From: Mantamonas sphyraenae STR306
Lineage: Eukaryota > Protista > CRuMs
DNA length: 64,000 bases
Assembly (NCBI GenBank): GCA_026936335.1
Contig: JAPMXV010000046.1
Span: 62,001-126,000, forward strand
Direction: 5' to 3'
The position numbers and the translations under genes were made by a program. Of this stretch, positions 35,901 to 46,372 are shown piece by piece. The notes under the pieces are model-generated. The model was not told the DNA's origin. It did not search any database and worked only from the letters and a program-made list of their open reading frames with translations. Each line of letters starts with the position of its first letter. The first letter of the stretch is position 1.

Positions 35901-38900
35901 TGACCTGTCATCACGAGACTGCTCTCGATAATGGGCACGTTGTCCTGCGATGTGAGCAGCTTGCTGCTGTGTGCATGGCTGTCGTTGCCGCCGCGATGGT
36001 TTGGGCTGGCGATGGCATCAAGACCCCACAGTCGCAACTCGCTGTCGATCTGTCCACGGTGCATGCCGTCGCGAATACGCCCTGCACCACCGCTGACAAT
36101 GCAGTCCAGCTCCTCGATGTACACAATGGCCGGCGCGGAGCCGCGGTGGCCGCGCATGACGGCGCAAACCTGAGCAGAGGCGGTGTTGATGACAAAGATG
36201 TCTGCGATGTAGCGAGAGGTGACGATGAGGAGGTTGCGGCGAGCGAGATAGATGAAATTGTGCACAAATTGCTCGGCAATGGCGATGTCACGGCTAAGGT
36301 GGATCTTGTCCAGGACGCTGATCTTGCTGATGAGGTGGCAGGCCACGGGCTCGTAGAAACGAATGCAGCGATCGACGGCCGAGGTGTTGATGAGAATGGT
36401 GGAGGTGACCGGGCACACCTGGAGCAGGTTGATCTGAGCCCCCTGCATGAGCGAGGCCAGCTGGCCCGAGAGGCTCTCGACAACCTGAATGGAGAGTACA
36501 AACTGGCGGGCATGGCCGTCCCAGACGTAGAGAACGCCCTGGGCGGTGAGAATGTACAGTCTGCCCGTGCGTGGGTCGGTGGTGATTGAGTGTGGGTCCG
36601 AGTTGTTGAACGGTGGACGAGGCATCAGATCGGTGATCTCGTCTCCAGAGATGATGTCGATGAGACGTGTGGAGCCGCCGTCTGTGATGAGCATGGTAGA
36701 CACAGCGGGTAGAAAGCACATGTTGTGTGGTTGGGCCGCGCTGAAGGTAGCCGAGACGTGCGTCGTGGTGGTCACGCAATTCTTGGTGACCAGGCGAGAC
36801 TCGAAGCGCGCCTGCATGTCCATGTCGTAAATCACATCCTCTGCACGGGTCACTGCCTCGGTGAGAATGTCTTCGAGGATCTCGCGGACGTCGCGGACTG
36901 CCGTGAGGTCGTCGTTGAGCTCGATGCGGTCGATGGTGCGTCGGAACAGCTCGGTTGCGCTGACCTTTTTGCGCGGTGTGCGTCGCTTGAGCGAGCGACC
37001 TGGCGAAGGCCCGCGCGAACGGGAGCGCGATCGAGGCCCACGCGCAGAGAGGGAACGAGGGGTGCGCGGCGTGCGCGGTGTGTTGGAACGTCGTCGCGGA
37101 GTGCGAGCTGACTGGGAACCCTTGCGCGGGGTGCGGCTCTTGCTGCGTCGCTTGCGGCTGGTGGAACGTGCTGAGCGTGGTGGAGGCGAGGATGATGAAG
37201 ACGAGGACGTGGCTGCGTTCACCGCGTCCATGTCCAGGCCGAGGCTGCCGGGTTTGGCGGATCGCCGTTTTGAGGTTCGTCCACGTACTCCTGCGCCTGT
37301 ACCTGTGCCTGTGCGCTTTGTGCGACGCTTTGTACCTGTGCGTCCGGTCTTGCTGGCGACGCCACGCTTCTTCTTTTTCCCCTTTTTCTTCTTCAGGCGT
37401 GGCTTGTCCAGTTCGTCGTCGTCCTCGTCGTCCTCGTCAAACGGCTCCTGGTGGTCACCTACACGATGACCCTTGCGGCCGCCGTGCTTTGTCTTTGTAC
37501 CCCGCTTCTTGTGAGCGTGCCCCTTTGTATACTGAGCGGTGCTGCTCATCTCGTCAATGTCCACCTGCTGGTCGTTCGAATCCAGGACGGGCGTGTCCAC
37601 GCTGTCGATATCGCTCAGGTCTGTGCTGTCGTACATGTGCAGCCGTGCTGCTTTCCCCTTGCCCTTACCCTTGCCCTTGAGGGTCCCCTTGTACTGTGTT
37701 GAGCCCTTGGTCGGGGAAGTGCCCTTTGCGCCTTGCCCAGTTGTGAGGTTGCAGATGTGCCATGGCCTGTGCGCATGGATGCGGCACGACGTGACGAAGA
37801 GCCGAGGCCGCGTGTGCGACGGCGTTCGTCACGCAGTCGGCGCAACTTGGAGCGCATGCGGCGTTCACGGTGGCGCAGCCATGCGCTTTGGATCTTTGTG
37901 GCTGCTTCGTACTCGCGCAATTTGGCGTTCTGGGAGCGCAGCTTGTGGCGCAGGTGGCCCTCGTGACCAACACGTGTGTAGGCACTCAGGGGATACTCGA
38001 GGCTTTGCACTTCCTCCACACTCATGGTTTTGACCTGGTTCATGGCCTGCTCGATCTCTCGCTGCTGCTTTTGCAGCATGCGGGCCTTTTCCTCGTACTG
38101 ACGCATCAGCTTGGTCTTTTTCTGGTTGTCAAAGTGTCGCGCGCGCGCACGACGCTTGTTCTCGAGCAGATTGCTGTGGCGGACACGATAGCCGCGGAAC
38201 CAGGCCTGGATGAGTTCGGCAGCCTTGTGCATGTGTCTTCGCTTGCGCAGACGAGCCATTTCGGGCTCCATCTCCCTGCGCACGAGGAATCCACGCATGA
38301 TACGCTGGACGGCGGTGGCAGCAATGGTTTCGCGTGCCAGTTGGCGCATGTAGTTGCTCAGCTCGATCTCCATGCCCGTTTCGTTCTTGGCCAGGCCAAG
38401 CGAAGTGAGGTCCAGCGAGTGAGTGCTCGATGTTTCCACAAAGGTTTTGAAGGAACCAACCGAGCGGCGGTTGGGAAACTCCTCCAGCAGGTTCCAGCGA
38501 TGGGAGACGTCGGTGAGAATGTGCTTGACGTCCTCGATCATGATGACGTAGTGGACATTCTTCATGACCATGTACCACATGAGTGAAGGCGAAAGACGCA
38601 GGCCGTCATCCTGGAGCAGGTTGCCCATGAGCATGGAGAGATGCTTGTGGAGGAGATGCCAGCGGGTGAGGGCGTTGGCCCGCGACGGGTTGCTCACGTG
38701 GGTGGCCGCACTCTGGATGCTAAATAGGAGCATGCGCACCTTGAGCAGTTTGGCCTTGAAGCGTCGGAGACGGGTGGAGGTTTTGTACCAAGAGGACGGA
38801 TAGGGCTTGAGGATGTCGGTGTACTCGTCCTCGTAGCGGATGGCTTCCTCATTGAAGGAGGGGCTGTGCATCTCGAGGAAGAAGGCCTTAAGGACACCCA

Positions 38901-39611
38901 GAGGCACGTCGATGCTGTCCTCAAGCCAGTGGGGCGAGTCACCAAAGATGCTGCTGTGGTGTTGGTGTTGGGCGGCTGGCCTGAGCGAGGGCATGGCAAG
39001 CATGCGGACGAGTTTAAGCGGAGAAACAGAAATGACGTGCTGGAAGGAGAGGCCAGCGGGCATAATGGATTGGTGGTGAGGGTTCTCGGCGACGGGAACG
39101 CTGGTGTCGAGCTCGAGCGGGAACTGGCGGTCGGTGACAAGTTCGCTCGCACGGAGCGGGGCGCTGGAGGAGGCGAGGGAGGAGGACGGCGAGGCATGGT
39201 GATGGTGACGATGGCGTAAGGAGGAGGATGAAGAGGAGGATGGAGATGGTGGGGAGCGGGAGCGTCTGCTAGAGTGGCCAAAGGAGGACGGCGAATGGTG
39301 TCCTGTGGCGCGCTTTGCCAACGGTCCACGTTGACGATGGGCATGTCGTAGGGCGAGTCTGCCTCGTCGTCCATGTCGTCGTCGGAATATGTGTACAGCG
39401 GTTCCTCATCCTCCAAGGCCTGATGTGCCGACTGGCTGGCCTCGTACTGCGCAAGGAGGCCGCTGGTGGAGCTGTGCTTGGCGCTCCCGGCTGGTCGGTG
39501 TCTACTGTGCGCACGCGGTGCAGAGGCACTCAACACAGCCCCGTGCACTGACGATGCTTTGGAATCATTGCTCCGACGACGCTCAGGACGCTTGCGTGTT
39601 CGGCTGTGCAT
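29942..39611 (-). CDS. Giant (~3220 aa) IQ-motif / WD40 / pseudokinase / ARM-HEAT-like protein; two apparent 1-nt deletions (~39320, ~37741)
   Basis: Three IQ motifs (AATAVQRIMRGFLVRR, AAELIQAWFRGYRVR, AATKIQSAWLRHRERR); WD repeats (GHKDRVTS..DHTIRFWN); kinase fold (YLPPE, DTWNFGSLLYEMLFG, P.ERI). Three ORFs join by single-base restorations. Confidence 0.7.
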
Positions 39612-39664
39612 TGGGTGGGCAGAGTTTGGCGACCCGGGCGCGGCCAAGGCCAAGACGTCCAGGG

Positions 39665-42298
39665 ATGAGTAGCAGCGATGCGGTGGCTGTCAAAGTGGCC
39701 GTGCGTGTCAGGCCGATGAATGGTGGGTACAAGGCGAGAAGAGAGACGTGGACGGAACCCGTGATTCTGTGTGTGATGGAGTGGGGGCGCCCGCAGAGTG
39801 CGTAACGGCTGACCCTGCGACGGCTTTTTGGCCGTGCTTCTCATGCAGAGACAAAGGAGGCTGGATGCGAGGTGGTGATTGAGATGGATGGAGGCGAGAC
39901 GCGCATCACGGATCCATCCACGAACAAGACGGTAGGGGAACGCGTGCGCAGGAGGGTGGGATAGAGGCTTGGCGCAGGCTCACACGTTGCTCGCAACTCC
40001 ACCGGCACACTTCACCCTCGCACAATGCACACAGGAGCGCTTTACCTTTGACTACTCGTACTGGTGGGACACGCCACAGGACAAGGTGTACCAGGATCTG
40101 GGCCGTCCGATGCTGGAGAATGCTCTGGACGGATACAACGGCACAGTGTTTGCCTACGGCCAGTGCGTTTTTCAGGGTGCTGTGTGGACGCGCGGGACTC
40201 GAGGGCGATGAACAGGTGCAGATGGCTCACACACAACGGGGGTGGGATCATGACGCGTATTTCTCTGTGGCGGTTGGCCACTGTCGTGTCTGCCTGGTGT
40301 GTTCCCTTTCTGCGCACAGGACCGGATCGGGAAAGTCGTTTTCAATGATGGGAGGTCCGAACGATTTGCGCGGTATCACGCCCCGGCTCAACGAGGACCT
40401 GTTCAAGCTTATTTCAGACAAACCCAAGAACCAGGAGTATTCTGTTTACGTCACATATCTGGAGATCTACCAGGAAAAGCTCCGGGATCTGTTGAACCCG
40501 AGCAGCAAGTGAGTTGTGTGGTTCTGCGGTCACCGACGACGCGCGAGGGACGGGGAACGAGAGGGGAGGGCGGTGGGGTTGATGTGGGGGGGAAGGGGGC
40601 ACACACGACACGATCACACGTACACATGTGCACACAAACGCCAAACACTGACACGACGAGCTTGTTGTGCGCTCGCCACACAGGGAGCTGAAGATCCGTG
40701 AGTCGAAGAAGCTGGGTTTCGTGGTGCCTGACTTGTACAAGGCACCCGTAAAGACAACCGAAGAGATTGTGTCTCTGATGGAAGAAGGCAACGCTGTGCG
40801 TGTGGTGGCCGCAACCAAGATGAACGACCACTCGTCACGCTCTCACTCTGTGTTCACCATCCACTTGCGCATGGTGGACAAGAACGACGTGCAGGCAGGC
40901 GCCCTGACAGCCAAGATCAACCTTGTGGATCTTGCCGGTTCCGAGCGAGCCGACTCGACAGGTGCCACGGGAGAGGTGCTGAAGCAGGGTGCGGCCATCA
41001 ACCAGTCGCTGACGGCTCTGGGACGTGTGATCCGCGTGCTTGCGGGTGAACGCAAGAAGGGCGAGTTTGTGCCGTATCGTGACTCGGTACTGACCAAGGT
41101 GCTGCGCGAGTCGCTCGGTGGCAACTCGCAGACTGTGATGCTTGCCGCCTTGTCGCCCGCCGACAAGAACCACGACGAGACCCTGTCTACGCTCAAGTAT
41201 GCCAACAGCGCCAAGAACATCAAGAACAAATCGCGAAAGAACGAGGACAAGAACACAAAGCTGATCCGAGAGCTGCGCGAACAGATCGAGGCTCTGAGGT
41301 CTGGAATGATGGGCGGGTCGAGCAGCGGCGGAGGCTTGGACGCGTCGTCAATGGCCGAGTACCAGGAGAAGATGGAGGAGCTGGAGTTGGCTAAGTCGCA
41401 GACGTTTGAACAGGTGGAGCAGCAGAAGAAGGAGCTTGAGGAGGAGCGACAGCGCAATCTGCGTCAGCGCGGTGTGATGGAGGCGCTGAAGACGAACCTG
41501 AAGCAGCAGAACGAGGAGCGCATTGAACAGCTGCGCTCGGCAAAGGAGGCCAAGCTGGCCAAGTTCCAGGAGGCCAAGTCGAAGCTGATGGCCGTGAAGG
41601 AGCAGTACCAGAAGGATGTGATGGCCTTCCAAGAAAGCGGCCAGCAGGACGAACAGCTGCGGGCCAAGATTGCCAAGGAGAAGAAGTTCCTGGAGAACGG
41701 TGGACGTGCCATGGAGCAACTGAAGGCAGAGTACACAGTGGTGGAGCAGGAACTGCAGGACGAGATGGCGCTTGGCCAGACGGACGATCTGCTGACGCTC
41801 CAGCAAAAGGAGATGGAGCGACTGAAGGAAAAGCAGGCTCGAGAGCTGCAGTTGATGCAGAACAAGATGCAGGCAGCGATGCAGGCACGCAAGCAGGCCA
41901 TGGAGGAAAAGTTCCAGCAGATGGCGTCGGACAGTGTGAGCAAAGAAGAGCACTACCAGATGCAGGTGGAGTTGGAAGAGATGCGTGGCGCCAAGGAGAT
42001 GCTGGAGGCGCAGCTGAAGATGGCACAGAAGGAAAACGCACGGTTGCAGAGCGTCATTGACGAGGAGCAACTGAAGCACGAGCACGAGATGGAAAAAGAG
42101 CGCTTGAGTCTGTTTCGCATGTTCCGCAAGTACCGCGAGTTTGCAGAGGAAGAGTACCGCGACAGGGAGCGCAAGCTGCTGGTCATGGTGGAGCACAGCG
42201 TCACCGACGCGATTTACCTCAACGCCAAAGTCCAGGAGCTGGAAGCCGCTGCAGGGAGCAGCAGTGGAGGAGGAGGAGGTCAATCCAGCAGTGGTTAA
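39665..42298 (+). CDS. Catalytically intact N-terminal kinesin (kinesin-3-like head) with coiled-coil tail; exons 39665-39722, 39849-39931, 40035-40162, 40320-40508, 40684-42298
   Basis: [19 protein letters not shown]|[39 protein letters not shown]; GT-AG introns. Confidence 0.92.
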
Positions 42299-42439
42299 GG
42301 GCTCAAAGATGTGTGTGAGGTACTGCAGATGGAGTCAAATGGAAGCAAATGATCATGTGGTGTGCATTGCTGCGCATTGTGGCTGGCGCTGTGGTCTCCA
42401 GTTGCTTGTGGCTGGCTCGTGCTCTTCCCAACGTCCTCC

Positions 42440-43309
42440 CTACTTCAACATGGACTGCAGCTCGGCAGCCATATCCTCTGCCTCAACCTCGATGCCCTCT
42501 CCGACAGCAAAACGGACAAAGGCGATGTGGTCTGCGGACGGCAAGTGGTCCGAAAGCAGGATGTCAGGGTTGGTTACCAAATTCTGCTGGAGCATCTCAG
42601 CAGCGTCGGCAGGCTGCATGCCAACCACGTGCACGGCAAGGTCCGACGTAGAGACACCCTGGGGCAACGTGGAAGGAGTTCGGAGGGCGACGAGCGAAGA
42701 AAGCATGCCGGCGTTCTTGTCCTTGCCGACGGCGTTGTGGACGTATGCACCGAGGAGGTCGGGAGTGGAAGCAAAAAGGGCGGCGGCGCGGCGGACAATG
42801 ACGTTCTCGCCTGTGGTGTACGCCTGTTCGTTCATGAGTTCTTCGATTTTTCGATCGTGGTTGTCCGCAGAGGCCATCGGCAGCAGCTGCTCAGGTTCAA
42901 GGTCCAGATGGCTGATGTACACGCCTTCAGGGAGGGTAGCCTGAGAAGCTGCAGTGACAGCAGCCTGCGTCACCTGTGTGGCCAGATTGACAAAGGCGTC
43001 GGTGCGAGCCACAAAGTCCGTGACGGTGTTGATTTCGGCCATGGCTCGGCAAAAGATGGGTGCTGAAGATGTGCTCGACGCATGTTCCACTGCTTCAGAC
43101 ACACACACAAGTCCCGAAGCGGCCACGCGTTCCTTGACATTCGACGACTGGCCCTTTTGGCGGAGCAACTTGGCTGCCTCCTGAACGTCGCCCTCGGCCT
43201 CGACCAGAGCCTTTTTACAGTCCATCATTGGAGCGCTGGTGATTGCGCGCAGTTCCTTAATTGCAGCAGCGCTGACGGCAGCTCGGTTGACGGTGGTACG
43301 AACAAACAT
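42440..43309 (-). CDS. TSFM: Mitochondrial elongation factor Ts
   Basis: IKELRAITSAPMMDCKKAL, EINTVTDFVAR, TGENVIVRR, GAYVH, LAVHVVGMQP, FVRFAVGEG. Confidence 0.9.
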   Translation of the reverse strand: MFVRTTVNRAAVSAAAIKELRAITSAPMMDCKKALVEAEGDVQEAAKLLRQKGQSSNVKERVAASGLVCVSEAVEHASSTSSAPIFCRAMAEINTVTDFVARTDAFVNLATQVTQAAVTAASQATLPEGVYISHLDLEPEQLLPMASADNHDRKIEELMNEQAYTTGENVIVRRAAALFASTPDLLGAYVHNAVGKDKNAGMLSSLVALRTPSTLPQGVSTSDLAVHVVGMQPADAAEMLQQNLVTNPDILLSDHLPSADHIAFVRFAVGEGIEVEAEDMAAELQSMLK

Positions 43310-43398
43310 TGGTGCGGGTGTGGGCGAAGTTGGCTTTTTGGTTGCGATGCTGTGGACAGCGCATGTGGTGTCCAGCCCTTTATGCAGGGAGGGATTTG

Positions 43399-43455
43399 TA
43401 TGTGTGTGTGTGTGGGGGGGGGGGGTGGGTGGGTGGGTGGGTGGGTGGGTGTCTG
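43399..43455. repeat. (TG)n-poly(G)-(GGGT)n tract, potential G-quadruplex
   Basis: A run of about 12 G followed by about 6 TGGG units in the spacer upstream of EF-Ts. Confidence 0.8.
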
Positions 43456-43490
43456 TGTCTGTGCAGGGATGGGTACAAATTGGAGCTCTA

Positions 43491-45211
43491 CTACTTCTTG
43501 CTCTTCTTCTTGCTCTTTCCCTTGTCCTTCTTGGCTGACTTGTCCTTCTTGGCCTTCCCCTTGTCCTTTTTGCCCTTTTCCTTCTTGCCCTTGTCCTTCG
43601 TCTTCTCCTTGCCCTTCTTGGGCGACTTTTTCGAAGCCTTCTTCTCCTTGCCTTTGCCCTTGGACTTGCTCGATTCCCCCGAGGACTTGCCAACCTTGAC
43701 AGTGAGCTGTTTAGCTTTTCCGGACGAGCCTGACGTGGAGCCTGAGCTGCTTCCTGCGCCCGAGGCCTCTGCCCCGTTGCCGTCGTCATCGTCTTCGTCG
43801 TCGTCGTCGTCGCCCTCGTCGTCGCCCTCGTCATCGCTGCTGCCACTGGAGCTGGAAGAGCCACTCTTCTTGAGGGCCTTTTTGTAAGCGATTTCCTGCT
43901 CGATTTTGCGCTCCTCGTCCTCGTCCAGCACGAGGTTGGCGAGCATATTGTGCGCAGTTGTCTTTTTCATGACCGTGCGTGTGATCTTGTTGCCGACAAT
44001 CTTGGCAGAGTTGACCAAGGCACACAGTTTGTCGTTTGTGTCGGCCAGGGATGTGTCACGCCTGGGCAGGACAGGCACAAAGCAAGTGAACGCTGGGCCT
44101 CCAAGCGCCTCTGCGTTGCACATGCAGAGGGTGGAGTTGATGTACGAAGCCTGTTGGCCCTTGAGCAGTGCGTCATACACTCCCTCCATAGCCTCCAGTT
44201 CAGAGACGGCGTCCTTGTGGGAGTTGACCTCGACAACGGACAACTCAAGAGAGCCCATGTGCACCGCAGCCACTCCTATGCGCTGTACCTCGATGCCCAG
44301 CACCGTGTGCACGGGGCCCGGGTGGTCGTCGCGCCACTGCTTAAGGCATTGGTGTGCGGTGCGAGTCAGCCTGCGTAGTGCCAATTGGCCGCGGATGATC
44401 TGCCACTTGAGGTTTGTTTCGACGCTGCGCCGAAAACACGCACACACGCACACACGCATGCAGAGTGAGCACGATCCGGTGTGAGCATCCAATACGTCGC
44501 TGCATGCTTATGGGCGACGTCTATGCAGTGGTGGGCCTCGGCGGGCAGCCGAGACATGGGCCACGAAAGCCGGATAAGGAAGGCAGAGCCGTGAGGGGAA
44601 AAACTCACAAGCCACGACGATCTCTGCGCATCGGCAGCTTTTCGGCGCCCTGCAGCAGGTCGTACACGGTGTCTTCGTGGACCATCAGATAGCTGGCTTT
44701 CATGGCAAACCTGTTGGCCATGCGGTCTGCTGACGAAAGGGTGGCAAAGAGGGCAGACACCACCTCGTCGACGATGGTCGGCTCCTCCCCAGCTTCCTGG
44801 CCACTGGCTCGCAAATAATCAGGTGCCTGTTCCGCAGCGACCATGGCCAGGACAGATACTGGGCAGTTGTGATGCATGGGGTGTGTCTGAGTGTCAATGG
44901 ACTGCCTGCCATGCGCACGTGCGCCCTGGAACGTGCAACTGACCGTTTCCTCCCTCCATCAGCTGCTCCAAGCGCAGGCTGTCGGTGTGCTCAGCCAACG
45001 AGGCCTTGTCGACAGCAATGCCATCAAACTTGTACGATGACGATGTGCCTCCTTCCTTGATGATCTCTGCGTCGTGGTCGCCCGTGACTTGGATTAGATC
45101 GACGTCGCTTTCCCCTTGCGCGTCGTGCACCAGCAGGATGCTCCGCACTTGCGCTGTTTCGGCCACCACCGCTCCTGCCTCCCCACTGGAAGCATTGTCA
45201 GAGGTGCTCAT
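43491..45211 (-). CDS. Highly degenerate kinesin-motor-like protein (no P-loop) with acidic and Lys-rich tail; exons 45211-44944, 44858-44609, 44424-43491
   Basis: Kinesin landmarks in order: YKFDGI, MKASYLMVHEDTVYDLL, RG|FVETNL, SYINSTL..EALGGPAFTCFV, SAKIVGNK. Two GT-AG introns join the frames. Confidence 0.6.
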
Positions 45212-45317
45212 GCTCTGGTGGGTGGCTGGATTGTGTGTTCAGTTCAGTTGGGGGAACGAGAGACTGAGACGCTTTTGTTGGTTTCGGATTGCACCTGAGC
45301 ACATCCACTCCTCACAC

Positions 45318-46333
45318 TCACTCCACACGTGTGCACGTCCCGTTTCCCAGGCTCGTCATGTACTTGAGCGTGGTGCGCGTCTCGTCTGCGACCAGATCCG
45401 CCGGAGACACGCTGCCGATGCACAAAGTGTGTCCACCGCCACACATGGCCTGCTTGAGCAGCTTGGTCAGTGTGCTGTCGCGGTAAGGCACGACTGTGCT
45501 GCTGGATCCGCTCGCACGCTTCTCGTGCAACACCTCAGCCATGGCCTTGAGCGCCTGCTGGCCCTCGTACACCGCCGCGTCCTGCCTGCTCGCGGGACGG
45601 AACGACGCAAGAAGCACAAGCTGCAGGCGACTGGTCACCTCTTCGTCGTTTTCCTCAAACGTGAGGTCCAGCTCAACAAGGGTGTGGCACACCGAGACGA
45701 CACCCCCGTTCTCGCCATCGCTTCCGACGCTGCAGTTCTCCAGCGCAGCCTCGATCTTCTGCATCGCATCTTCATATGACGCGACGCTGTGCGTGCTGAT
45801 GCCTTCCACGAAAGCACCCGTCTTGGGCTGGATGCGCACACGCAAGTTGGCATTCTCGGTTTCCACAAGGTCTCGCACCGAATCACCCACCTCCAACACC
45901 TTGAGTTCCACCTGCAGGTTTTCCACATTGTCCGCCTGCGCAAACACGTCCATGCACGCACGCGGCACAATGCCTCGATTCTCGCCGTAGCCCAAGGCCG
46001 CGTACGCCTTGCCCGAGCCTTGCGCTCCACAGGCAATCACGCACACGTCCTCGCCCTCCATGAGGCAGTCCACCAGCTGCTTGCCCACTTGATCGTACAC
46101 GTCCTCCTGCTCAAAGTTCTCGTACACGTGGTCGAATTCGTACTTCTCAACCAAGGGTCCGCCGCTGAACTCATCGCTCAAACTCAGTGACAGCGATTTG
46201 GGCCCCTCAACGGTCACCGCAGCCGTGCTCTTCACATCTTTCTCAAGTGTGTTGAACGGGCGCACCGTGATTACGCTTGTGCAAGGGCCCAGTGTCGAGC
46301 GCTTTTCGTGCTGCGGCTTTGCGCCGCTGCTAC

Positions 46334-46372
<39 letters not shown>

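Noticed and set aside
43310-43864. Apparent long N-terminal extension/fusion on EF-Ts (474-aa ORF)
   Set aside because: It is an off-frame read-through of the upstream gene's low-complexity tail and a microsatellite; the real ATG is 43309.
45212-45340. Splicing of the four-head kinesin to the downstream pseudo-kinesin (five heads)
   Set aside because: A GTGAGT donor exists at the stop, but the acceptors I tested gave out-of-frame or stop-containing joins; treated as separate genes pending RNA data.
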